In this document: positions 39,312 through 48,701 of the stretch, piece after piece
Layout: each line of letters begins with the position of its first letter
Position numbering within the stretch: position 1 is the stretch's first letter
Assembly: GCA_003056085.1 (NCBI GenBank)
Contig: LSNK01000005.1
Coordinates: forward strand, 10,122-74,121
DNA length: 64,000 nucleotides
From: Parcubacteria group bacterium M6-OD1-1
GTDB lineage: Bacteria; Patescibacteriota; Minisyncoccia; GWC2-36-17; M10-OD1-4
Reading direction: 5' to 3'
Program-made: the position numbers and the translations under genes
Notes under the pieces: model-generated
The model's input: only the letters and a program-made list of their open reading frames with translations
Told to the model about the DNA's origin: nothing
The model's database searches: none

Positions 39312-42300
39312 GAAAATATTTAAGCCAATATCGTCGTTTTTAATTGCGGTGCTTATCGTAAACTCTTTTTTGTTTGTTATTCTTGCCAATCCAAATCCAG
39401 CACAGGCACAAATGGTAGTTACTGATCCGGGAAATACAGCTGCAAGCGTCTCACAAACCGCAAAACAGACTGCTTGGGAAGCCATAAAACAAGCATGGGA
39501 TAAAAGTGAGGGTGTATTAACTGGAGCATACAGAGCAACCACTGAAGCATTTAACCAATGGGATAAATCAACAGCTATACTTGCAAGAGTCTCTTACGCT
39601 CTTATGTATGTAACTATAAATGTCATGCTGACTAAAATGACCAAGGATATCGTTGGTTGGTTAGATGGCGGGGCGAAAGGCTCTCCAAAAATAACTACAG
39701 ATTTCGGACAGCTTTTTGAAGATTCTCTTGACTTGGCAGCCGGAGCGGTGATTGGAGATATATTAGGTCTGAGAAATGGCGAACTTTGTAATCCCGGTTT
39801 TTTAAAAGGCTTTGTTGTTCTTTCTTTAGACAGAGTTCAGCAGCCGACGTTTAGAGAAAGAATACGGTGTTCATTTTCTGATATAGGGGAAAGTTTGGAT
39901 GATTTTAAAAAAGATTTCTCCAAAGGAGGTTGGGGAGGATGGATAAGATATTCAAGAAGAGCTAATAACCAGATTGGCAATCTTATTGAAACCCAAAATG
40001 AATTAAGAGAAAGACAAATTGCAAGCGTCAAAGCAACTGAAGAAGAATCAAAAACAGGAAGAGGATTCAGCGCACAAAAAGTTTGTAGAGTAACCAGGGA
40101 TATTAATTTTGTTGATGAAACTGGAGCATTCAGCGGCGAAGCGGAAACTTTTAAAGTTGGTGATGCAGACGTCGCCGGAACACTTTCTCTCGGTTCAAAA
40201 ATGAAAGATATAATGGGAAATTACAACTACACTAACTTGGAAGACTTTAAAATATTTTGGAATAATCGCGGCGGATCATTTAAGTGCAAGATAGAAACTC
40301 CTGCAAGCGCGATATCAGAACTTGGCTCAAAAATATTGAATGCTCCTTTCGACACATTAAATAAACAACTTCAAGCGTCAGCTGAAAATTTAGGAAAAAG
40401 TGCTCCTGCAATCTTTAGACCATACCTAAATGCAATATCAGCATCAGCGTTAAATTTATTAATCAGAAAAGAAAAAGGACTTGTTTCAGGAGTATTCGGA
40501 CAAAGAAAATCAAGAAAATATAGAAGGGCAAACACCAGTGCTTTCCAAAAATACTCAAAAACGCTTTATTCAAGTCGTAACCTACTCGGCTCTGCAAACT
40601 CTTTAAGAGACTCTCTTTTAAGAACGCTTTTAAACTTCAGTCTTTTTGCCGGGACACTTACAACTTTAACAGAAAAAAAGGGGGTGCTTTGGAAACCCCC
40701 TATATTAGTTAGTAATTTACAGCATGGCGGACTTATTTGGGGCGCAGGATTTGGAGGAGGAAGGACAGACAACAGAAATATTTGGATGGGTCAGGGCGAT
40801 CCGGGGGATCCGAATGACATAAGCTATCCTGAAGACCCCTCCAGAATAGACACAAGAATATTTGATCAAAGGATAAAAGACAGAGTAAAATCTGTTGTGG
40901 AAAATAAATCTGCAGAAGGATATCCTCTTCTCCCTCCTGCGGGAACCATCAACACATCTGCAAATATTTGCGGGGCTTTTTCACAAGAATTGGAAGTAGA
41001 TGGACAAGATCTTAATTTTACACTTTCAGAGAGAATAGGATATGTAGCACTCGCAGGAGTTTATATTGATGGAGGACTTGATGAAGATGGAGACCCAACA
41101 ACACAAACGACAGCAGCCATAGGAAGCATATACACCTCTACTCCTTCTCTTCTTACCGGTAAAAACGGCTGGTTCGGAGATGTTAGAGTTTCAGCATACA
41201 ACGACAGCGGAAGAACAAGAGAAGCAGGAGCAGGATTTGAACCTTGGCCTGACAGATATGTCAGAGAAAATATTTCTACAGGGGAAGTCGTTACTTTTAT
41301 AGACATGGGAGATTTTCAAAATGGATTTATAGAAGTTGGAGTTCCACCAACATATACAGACCCAGAAACCAGAGCAACCGACCCTCAGATATACGCTTCT
41401 GAGCTTGGTGATATTTCTATTATTCCAAACAGTGATGGTTCTGCGACGGCATTAGAGTCTCAAAATGAAAGAGTTTATTCAAGGAACGCAAACACAGGAG
41501 AACCCGATAACACCTCAGGAAATGTTTATTATATAACAGGAAGCAGAGGAGTATACCAAGAAATAACCCGAGGAAGCGCATTTACTTTACCACCTCTTTC
41601 AAGAGTTTGTGTAGATGATAGACCTGCTTTATATTATACAAGAACAGGTGATGTTGGATCTGTTTTCGCAACAGGAGTTGGTCCGTTTCCAACTGGCAAT
41701 ACTGGTGGTGGATGGCAATGTGGCGGGTCTACATATGGTGTAAAAATAGCTGATATTTTTTGGGACAGAATATCCACCAACCCAACCCTATCAGCTTCTG
41801 TAAATTTCGATGGATGTGGACGTGGAGATATATTAAATATAAGTTTTGATAGAAATACTGCTGTGGGAAGCATTGCTAATAGCGACAATGGCACCCTCGT
41901 TTATGGAAATAGAATATGCACAGCACCAGGTGCACAATCAGTTAGAATAAGTAGTTCGCTCATTATATTACCTGACGACCCAATGGTGGGAATCCCGGCT
42001 AATGTAGCAAATTCTAAATATCAAATAAAATATTTCAGTCCTTCATTTGAAGGAGCAACGACTATAATAGAAAACAACAGAACAATCATTGTTTATGACG
42101 ATTTTAGAGATCCTGCAACAAATTTTCCTACAACAATGATAAGCGCAACCACAACGATTGATAATATTAATCCGTACAAGATGCGGCTCGTGGACTTTTA
42201 TAGAGAAATAAATGAGTTAACAAATGAATTTCTTACAAAAATAAGAGTAATGATTGGCTATCCTGAAAAATCAGGAGATCCCGTAGGACAGACAAAAAAA

Positions 42301-44394
42301 ACTAATCTTTCAGGACTTGCAGATCAAATAGGATCTACGCCTGATGATGATCCTTATTATATTTCCGTGGCCGATGTTTTATCAAAATACAATAATCTAT
42401 CTGCACTTTATCAAGCGTTGTTTGCCGGAGTTACAAGCGAATCGGCCCTTGAAGGAATTGACCCTGACTTTGAAATTCTTAATAGCACAGAAACAAATAT
42501 AAAATTTGCATTAATAGGTGAAAGATGTCCTACAGTCCCTCCTTCCGTTGACTCAAACCCAGCACTGCAAACAGGATGTCAAGCGTTGCCTTCCGGTGAA
42601 TACAATATGGCAAAAAGATTTATTTTTGAAGAAAATCCACAGACAGGATTTGCCACAAATCCATTTACCGGAACAAACAGCAATGTTATTGCCGGAGTTT
42701 TAAACTTAAATGAAATGACCAGACAGCTTGCAACGCTTCCACCTGACAAAAACATAATAAAACTAATAAGACTCAGACAAATATTGGAACAACTTCAAGT
42801 AAGCCCTCAAGCTATAACGTTTTATGGTGAAACTCGAGCAGATGATGTTACATTTAGTCCGGACGACCCATTAAATCCAATTCATTCATTAACCGCCACA
42901 TCAACAACAGGAAACATACTAACCTCAGACTCTATACAAATAAGCCTGCGAAATTATCCCGAAATAGAAGCTTTCCTAAATGACATACAAACAGCAAATA
43001 AACCAATATCTGACCTTATAGAGGCTTATGGATTTTTACCAACAAATACAAGAGAGTCTTATCCTCAAATAAGTGGAGACCTTGAGGATATATTTCCTGA
43101 AATAACAACACAAATTCAAGACAAATTAAGAGATGTGTTTTTAAAAAGAGTTGAACTTGAACTTGCAAAAGCGGAGAAAAAAGCGATAAAAAGAGTAGAG
43201 GATTTTATATATTTTGCAAGAGATTTAAATCCTACAGTACAAATCCAAGTTCCTAAGAACTTTCAAAATATTGTATCCGGAGGAGTTGACATGAAGATGG
43301 GAGATGTAGAAAGCTTAATAATGAGAATAATATCCTCACGCGCAGCAGACCCTCCTTTAAACTTAACTCCTTCTGAAAACTGCATAGGACTGACTGGTGA
43401 ATGGCTTGATTGCGCGTCTCCTGAATATTATTTAAGAGGATTTAGAATTAATCTCTGGGATAATATCTCAGCTGAAGGCACCGGCTCGTTGGCATTGGAA
43501 ACTGGAAACACAACAGAAAACAGCGATCAACGAATGAAAGTAATAGCTGTGAGAAAGGCCTTAATGGCAGGAATAAGAAAAAAAATAAAGATATTTAACA
43601 AATTTATGGGTGTTAATATAAACTCTACTGAATTTGAAAATAAAATAAATTATTATCAATTAGATGTTAATACAGACACACATACAATGGGGCAAGATGG
43701 TCATGATGGAACAAAGCCCCACATACACATAACCGAAGACTACCCTCAAATTGATATTAACGGTGATGGGGACATGACTGATCCGGGAGAATACAAAGAT
43801 GGCTGGGATAGAAAAATAGAAAAAGGATTAGAAGATGTATACATTTATTACACGGGTTTTTATAATTTAGAAAAACTCGGTGTTAATAACCCTGGAACAA
43901 GATTAAGTACAGGAGAATATATTTACAACGACATTAAAACATCAATGAATAAAATGACGAAAGATTTAACCTTGCTTCAAAAAGAATTTGAAAAAATAAA
44001 AGATGAATTTACAGTTGTCGGATCTTCCAATGTATTTTCCTTAAAAGACCAATTAAACGATATGACTAAAAATTTAAAAGTTATGGAAAGCTCTCGGGAT
44101 GAAGCCTTGGCTTGTGTTGATGCGAGCGTCAGTATAGGAAGTGATAATTTTCTTGCAATATTGGTTGGAGCAGCTGGAGGAGCTGGAACTGCAATAGCAT
44201 ATACAATAAATTCAGTCATAGGAAAATTTACGGGAATGGCTTCGGCGTTCACTTTTAGTCTTTTTGGAGGAGGAAGGGCAAGAAGAGCAGCTGAAGCAAG
44301 AGCAAGAAACATAGCCAATAAATGCGGGGATGCGGCAACAAGATACAATAAAGCGTTAACAGATATTTCAGATAACTTTATCTGCGGACGTTAG
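39298..44394 (+). CDS. giant (1698 aa) exported surface protein with C-terminal Gly-rich hydrophobic anchor
   Basis: N-terminal signal/TM (SSFLIAVLIVNSFLFVILANPNPAQAQ), about 1600 aa of Gly/Thr/Asn-rich extracellular sequence, C-terminal AILVGAAGGAGTAIAYTINSVIG hydrophobic segment. Overlaps the upstream gene by 14 nt. Confidence 0.55.
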   Translation: MIKFEKIFKPISSFLIAVLIVNSFLFVILANPNPAQAQMVVTDPGNTAASVSQTAKQTAWEAIKQAWDKSEGVLTGAYRATTEAFNQWDKSTAILARVSYALMYVTINVMLTKMTKDIVGWLDGGAKGSPKITTDFGQLFEDSLDLAAGAVIGDILGLRNGELCNPGFLKGFVVLSLDRVQQPTFRERIRCSFSDIGESLDDFKKDFSKGGWGGWIRYSRRANNQIGNLIETQNELRERQIASVKATEEESKTGRGFSAQKVCRVTRDINFVDETGAFSGEAETFKVGDADVAGTLSLGSKMKDIMGNYNYTNLEDFKIFWNNRGGSFKCKIETPASAISELGSKILNAPFDTLNKQLQASAENLGKSAPAIFRPYLNAISASALNLLIRKEKGLVSGVFGQRKSRKYRRANTSAFQKYSKTLYSSRNLLGSANSLRDSLLRTLLNFSLFAGTLTTLTEKKGVLWKPPILVSNLQHGGLIWGAGFGGGRTDNRNIWMGQGDPGDPNDISYPEDPSRIDTRIFDQRIKDRVKSVVENKSAEGYPLLPPAGTINTSANICGAFSQELEVDGQDLNFTLSERIGYVALAGVYIDGGLDEDGDPTTQTTAAIGSIYTSTPSLLTGKNGWFGDVRVSAYNDSGRTREAGAGFEPWPDRYVRENISTGEVVTFIDMGDFQNGFIEVGVPPTYTDPETRATDPQIYASELGDISIIPNSDGSATALESQNERVYSRNANTGEPDNTSGNVYYITGSRGVYQEITRGSAFTLPPLSRVCVDDRPALYYTRTGDVGSVFATGVGPFPTGNTGGGWQCGGSTYGVKIADIFWDRISTNPTLSASVNFDGCGRGDILNISFDRNTAVGSIANSDNGTLVYGNRICTAPGAQSVRISSSLIILPDDPMVGIPANVANSKYQIKYFSPSFEGATTIIENNRTIIVYDDFRDPATNFPTTMISATTTIDNINPYKMRLVDFYREINELTNEFLTKIRVMIGYPEKSGDPVGQTKKTNLSGLADQIGSTPDDDPYYISVADVLSKYNNLSALYQALFAGVTSESALEGIDPDFEILNSTETNIKFALIGERCPTVPPSVDSNPALQTGCQALPSGEYNMAKRFIFEENPQTGFATNPFTGTNSNVIAGVLNLNEMTRQLATLPPDKNIIKLIRLRQILEQLQVSPQAITFYGETRADDVTFSPDDPLNPIHSLTATSTTGNILTSDSIQISLRNYPEIEAFLNDIQTANKPISDLIEAYGFLPTNTRESYPQISGDLEDIFPEITTQIQDKLRDVFLKRVELELAKAEKKAIKRVEDFIYFARDLNPTVQIQVPKNFQNIVSGGVDMKMGDVESLIMRIISSRAADPPLNLTPSENCIGLTGEWLDCASPEYYLRGFRINLWDNISAEGTGSLALETGNTTENSDQRMKVIAVRKALMAGIRKKIKIFNKFMGVNINSTEFENKINYYQLDVNTDTHTMGQDGHDGTKPHIHITEDYPQIDINGDGDMTDPGEYKDGWDRKIEKGLEDVYIYYTGFYNLEKLGVNNPGTRLSTGEYIYNDIKTSMNKMTKDLTLLQKEFEKIKDEFTVVGSSNVFSLKDQLNDMTKNLKVMESSRDEALACVDASVSIGSDNFLAILVGAAGGAGTAIAYTINSVIGKFTGMASAFTFSLFGGGRARRAAEARARNIANKCGDAATRYNKALTDISDNFICGR

Positions 44395-44489
44395 TTGATG
44401 GGTTGCAAACATTAGATTGTAGGTGATAGGCAATAGATGATAAAAATTATCCGCTATTTAACCCAAACAATAATTTAAAAAACCATAAA

Positions 44490-46478
44490 ATGAAGTTTTT
44501 AAACTTAAAATTCATCATTTCTTTCCTGCTTGTTTTTGTAGTGATTTTTATTAGTAAAACTTCTTTTGTGCATGCCGATGCGATAGATGAGCTTGTAATA
44601 AACCCTGCGAACAGCCTTTTGGAGCTTATTTTAAAAGGCCTCAGTTGGATGTTGGCATTTTTAGGAACGCTTGTTGATGATGTTATGCAGCCGCAATCAA
44701 TTCTTCAAGCCGATATAGTAAAAACAGGATGGAGAATAACTCGAGATTTTGCAAATATGTTCTTTATTTTAATACTCCTTGCTATTGCTTTAAGCTTTAT
44801 ATTATTCCCGCGCTTTCAAATAAAACAAGCTTTGCCAAGACTTCTCTTAATTGCCTTACTTATCAATTTTAGCTTGCCAATCGCAGGAATATTTATAGAT
44901 TTTGCCAATATATTTACTAAATATTTTTTGGATCAAGCAGCTACCGGAGGAAACATAAGTGAGCTCATTGCAAGCCAACTGAATATTACGGCTATTCGTG
45001 ATGTGTCAGAACAAGCATTAACTGCAAATATCGGCAATACTCCGGGTCAAATATTTTTATCATTGCTTTTTGGCATCGTTTTTGTATCCGTAGTTATTTT
45101 TATATTTATCGCATTAGCTTTTATGTTTTTAATAAGAAATATCTATCTTTATATACTTCTTATTATTTTGCCGCTTGCGCTTGTGGCGTCTATTCTTCCT
45201 TCGGGAAGAAGCTATTTTTCGCAATGGTCTCATAAATTTTTTCAGTGGACATTTTTTGCGCCAATCGCAACATTTTTCATCTTTTTATCTATGGTTTCAT
45301 TTAGCAGTATTATAAAAGCTGACGCAGCACCCCTTGCTACAGACGCAGGTGTAGGCTTTCTTGCAGGAACATATGATTACATAATAATACTTCTACTCTT
45401 AATGGGTTCTTTGTTTGCCGCAAACTCATTAGGAGTTCAAACTGCCGGAGTAACTAACAAAATGATGAAATATGGAGGAAAAGCCCTGCGTGGAGGCTGG
45501 TCCGGCGTTAAAAAGGTTAATCATGGAATACAATATTCAAGAGAGAGATTTGGCAAACCAGCGTCACAAAAAGCAAGAGAAACATCTGCTGAATATTCTG
45601 CAAAAGGCGGCTTAATAAACACTCTTATAGGCAAATATCATGACACGAGAGCCGACAAATTAGAAGCACATATACCTGATGGAGTCTTGTCAAAAGAAGA
45701 AAAAGAAAAAGCAAAGCGGCAAGCAAAAGAAAACCCAGACCAACTATTAGGAAGAATAAAACTACCTGGACTAAGCGCAAGGAAGAAAACAGAACTGCAA
45801 ACGATAGCTGCCGAGGAAGGAATATTAAAAGAAAAAGATGCAAGAGGTATCGTTGATCCGAAAAAAACAAAGAAGATGCTTGGAGATGTGTATGAAAAAG
45901 CTTTAAAAATAGGAAATAAAGAACTTGTGGAGGCTATAAGTAAAAATTCTCCGGCACTTGTTTTAGAAAAACTTGAAGAAAAAATTGATGGAATGAATTC
46001 ATTAGAACTCCAGAAAAAATACGGAGTAAATACTAAAGAAAAAGCTAAGAAGGCCGTTAGAAATAATCTATTCAGAAAAATTAATACTGACGATATAACT
46101 AAAATGTGGGATACGCTTGACAAATCTTCACGAACAGAGTTAGTAGCCAATAAAGTTGCCAGCGGAATGTCTATAGATCAAGTTAAAAAAATTCATGATT
46201 CCGGAATGGCTCCTGAATTTTCTAAAGAATTTGAAAAACTTGCAACCGGACAATACAGAAGGCAAAGAAAAGATTTACATGATGTATTTGAAGAAAATAC
46301 TTCCATAATTCGGTCATTTCAGAGTGCTCCTGCAAAGGCAATGTTTGGAGAAGAAGGCTTAACCGAGAGACGAACAACAACACAAGCTGCATGGAACCAG
46401 AGAAAAGAAAAGAAGGAAGGGGAAGGAAAAGCAAAAAAAGAAGAAAAAGAAAGAAAAGCGGAAGAAACGATGATATAG
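44490..46478 (+). CDS. polytopic membrane protein, VirB6/TrbL/PrgH-like candidate, with charged C-terminal domain
   Basis: At least 7 predicted TM helices in the first 330 aa, then a hydrophilic Lys/Glu-rich cytoplasmic tail of about 330 aa. This is VirB6-family architecture. Confidence 0.5.
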   Translation: MKFLNLKFIISFLLVFVVIFISKTSFVHADAIDELVINPANSLLELILKGLSWMLAFLGTLVDDVMQPQSILQADIVKTGWRITRDFANMFFILILLAIALSFILFPRFQIKQALPRLLLIALLINFSLPIAGIFIDFANIFTKYFLDQAATGGNISELIASQLNITAIRDVSEQALTANIGNTPGQIFLSLLFGIVFVSVVIFIFIALAFMFLIRNIYLYILLIILPLALVASILPSGRSYFSQWSHKFFQWTFFAPIATFFIFLSMVSFSSIIKADAAPLATDAGVGFLAGTYDYIIILLLLMGSLFAANSLGVQTAGVTNKMMKYGGKALRGGWSGVKKVNHGIQYSRERFGKPASQKARETSAEYSAKGGLINTLIGKYHDTRADKLEAHIPDGVLSKEEKEKAKRQAKENPDQLLGRIKLPGLSARKKTELQTIAAEEGILKEKDARGIVDPKKTKKMLGDVYEKALKIGNKELVEAISKNSPALVLEKLEEKIDGMNSLELQKKYGVNTKEKAKKAVRNNLFRKINTDDITKMWDTLDKSSRTELVANKVASGMSIDQVKKIHDSGMAPEFSKEFEKLATGQYRRQRKDLHDVFEENTSIIRSFQSAPAKAMFGEEGLTERRTTTQAAWNQRKEKKEGEGKAKKEEKERKAEETMI

Positions 46479-46506
46479 ATGTAAATTAAAACATCAAATT
46501 ACAAAA

Positions 46507-47385
46507 ATGCAAAAAATACCACAAGAGCAAGCTAAAAAAAGATATTTTTCTCTTTCAGACTCACTGCAAAATGCAATGTTTTCAGAGAAAAGTTCTGATG
46601 CTGTCAGAAAAACAGCGATTTTTGGTAATATTGAAAATAAAGTTTCCAGACTCGCAGAACTTACTGGATACGTTTTGCTTGGATATTTAAATCCTATAGA
46701 TTTTTCCAAAGAAATTCAGGAAGAATTTAACATTTCAAGAGAAACAGCAGAACAAATAGCGAGTCAACTTGATGCTGAGATTTTTAGCCTTGTAGACTCT
46801 GATTTAAGAAAGTTGTATCCACCGAGAATAAAAACTCCGACTGCAATATCGGGCGGGTTTATTCCCGATCAAAACAAACCATCAGATAACTCAAACGAAC
46901 GAACCCCAGAAAAAAAATTCAGTGAATTTGAAAAAAGATTTTTAAAAGACAAAACAGCCTCTTCTGAACCCACACCTAAAAAAAATCACTTGGAGACTCG
47001 GTCTACAAATGATTGGAAGCCTGGTCTTCAAACGAGAAAAGAAATGCAGGCAGGAGAAAAACCAATTCAAGCTCCATCTTTTAAAAATGCTCCGAGAAAT
47101 CAAAAACCCTTAGAAAACGAAGCACCTAAAAGCACCTCCTACGCTCCTATTGGAGCCTCTGGAGGAAAACCCAAACCTATTGAGAACGCAGAAGATATTC
47201 CGGAAATAAAACCTGTTATTCCTTTGCCAACATTTATGCAGTCGCAATTTCAGCCAAGAAAAAAACTTGATGAAAGCGACTACAAAGAAAATATTCCCGC
47301 TCCCGTTAAAAAATCAGAAGACGAAGAAGATAAAAAACCACAGCCGAAAATAGAAGGAAATATAATTGATCTTCGCGATCTTTAA
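46507..47385 (+). CDS. hypothetical protein with Pro/Lys-rich low-complexity C-terminus
   Basis: 292 aa with no TM. The disordered C-terminus may be a linker or peptidoglycan-spanning segment. Confidence 0.4.
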   Translation: MQKIPQEQAKKRYFSLSDSLQNAMFSEKSSDAVRKTAIFGNIENKVSRLAELTGYVLLGYLNPIDFSKEIQEEFNISRETAEQIASQLDAEIFSLVDSDLRKLYPPRIKTPTAISGGFIPDQNKPSDNSNERTPEKKFSEFEKRFLKDKTASSEPTPKKNHLETRSTNDWKPGLQTRKEMQAGEKPIQAPSFKNAPRNQKPLENEAPKSTSYAPIGASGGKPKPIENAEDIPEIKPVIPLPTFMQSQFQPRKKLDESDYKENIPAPVKKSEDEEDKKPQPKIEGNIIDLRDL

Positions 47386-47443
47386 TTAGATTATGAAGGA
47401 TAGATTACAAATTACTATCACCTAAAAACCCTAAACTAAGAAA

Positions 47444-47893
47444 ATGAAACAATTTCAAGTTCCACAATTTATTGATGTAGAGGATAAAATATTAGGCTTT
47501 GTCACCATGAGGCAATTTTTTATAATGCTTATACCTCTTACTGTTGCCGGAGTCTTATATTTTATTTTGGATATATGGCTTATGCTGATAATAACACTGC
47601 CGGTAACCGGAATCGCTGTTGTATTTGCTTTTTATAAACCAAATGGTATGAAATTTTCAAGATTTCTCGGTTCCTTTCTAAGCTACACATTCAAGCCAAG
47701 ATTATATGTATGGAAAAGAGAAGAAAAAACAACATCAGTGGAAATATTAAGAGAAGGGGAAGAAAAACTAAAAAACCCCAGAGGATTAAAAAGTAAAAAA
47801 GGAAGCATTGAAACTGGAAGTAAAGTAAACGAGGAAGAATTAAAAAAACAAGGAGGAGAAAGTGAATATTTAGATGAAATACTTAATGAATGA
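47444..47893 (+). CDS. PrgI/TcpE-family (VirB3-like) small two-TM T4SS protein
   Basis: QVPQFIDVEDKILGFVTMRQFFIM followed by two TM helices. This matches the PrgI family that precedes VirB4 in Gram-positive-type T4SS. Confidence 0.6.
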   Translation: MKQFQVPQFIDVEDKILGFVTMRQFFIMLIPLTVAGVLYFILDIWLMLIITLPVTGIAVVFAFYKPNGMKFSRFLGSFLSYTFKPRLYVWKREEKTTSVEILREGEEKLKNPRGLKSKKGSIETGSKVNEEELKKQGGESEYLDEILNE

Positions 47894-47903
47894 GCTTATT
47901 AGG

Positions 47904-47979
47904 AATTAGCTTCTTAGCTTTTTAGGAAAAACCCTGAAAAACTAAGAAGTCAAAAAGCTAAAAAGCTAAAAAAATGGCT
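47904..47979 (+). repeat. 76-bp element copy 1 (A/T-rich, AGCT-containing imperfect palindrome), ending in ATGGCT start of the VirB4 N-domain ORF
   Basis: aattagcttcttagctttttaggaaaaaccctgaaaaactaagaagtcaaaaagctaaaaagctaaaaaaATGGCT. Identical apart from 1 nt to 48626-48701. Confidence 0.85.
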
Positions 47980-48612
47980 CAACCAAACGCACAAGCAACA
48001 CAACAAATAGTAGACATAGAAGCTATTAGAGAAAGTGTAATAATCCTAAAAACAGGAGCATTACGTGCTATTTTGATGTGTTCATCTGTTAACTTAGCTT
48101 TAAAATCACAAGATGAACAAGACGCATTGATATTCCAATATCAAAATTTTATAAATGGATTAGATTTTCCGATAGAATTTGTTGTACATTCAAGAAAATT
48201 AGACATAACAGACTATATAGCAGAAATAAAAGGACATTTGGCCAAGCAAAAAAACGAACTTTTAAAGATTCAAACTGAAGAATACGTAGAATTTATTGAA
48301 AGCTTTGTCGGCATGCAAAATATTATGGCAAAAACATTTTATGTTACAATACCTTTTTCATCAGAAGAAGACACTAAACAAGGATTTTTAGATAAAATAT
48401 TCTCACCAAAAACATCATCATTTGTTAAAATGTCAGATGAAGAATTTAAAAAATACAAAAACCAACTTTGGCAAAGAGTAGAAAATGTTATATCCGGACT
48501 ACAAAGTGTCGGGGTAAGGTCAGAAGCGCTTGATAACGAAGAATTAAAAGAATTATTTTTCAATATTTATAATCCTGGAGAAACAGGGAAAGGCGTTGTT
48601 CAAAAACTTTAA
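47974..48612 (+). CDS. VirB4/TrbE-family ATPase, detached N-terminal domain (212 aa)
   Basis: IVDIEAIRESVIILKTGALRAILMCSSVNLALKSQDEQDALIFQYQNFINGLDFPIEFVVHSRKLDITDYI matches the conserved N-terminal region of Gram-positive VirB4 homologues (PrgJ/TcpF/ConE type). Confidence 0.6.
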   Translation: MAQPNAQATQQIVDIEAIRESVIILKTGALRAILMCSSVNLALKSQDEQDALIFQYQNFINGLDFPIEFVVHSRKLDITDYIAEIKGHLAKQKNELLKIQTEEYVEFIESFVGMQNIMAKTFYVTIPFSSEEDTKQGFLDKIFSPKTSSFVKMSDEEFKKYKNQLWQRVENVISGLQSVGVRSEALDNEELKELFFNIYNPGETGKGVVQKL

Positions 48613-48625
48613 TCAGCTTCTTAGA

Positions 48626-48701
48626 AATTAGCTTCTTAGCTTTTTAGGAAAAACCCTGAAAAACTAAGAAGTCAAAAAGCTAAAAAGCTAAAAAATTGGC
48701 T
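48626..48701 (+). repeat. 76-bp element copy 2, ending in TTGGCT start of the VirB4 ATPase ORF
   Basis: Direct repeat of 47904-47979, with ATG changed to TTG. Confidence 0.85.

Noticed and set aside
47904-48701. The possibility that the 76-bp direct repeats are terminal repeats of a mobile element carrying the 212-aa ORF.
   Set aside because: The ORF between the repeats is the genuine VirB4 N-domain in the right place and orientation. No transposase or other sign of a mobile element is present, so the repeats are better explained as a duplicated initiation region.
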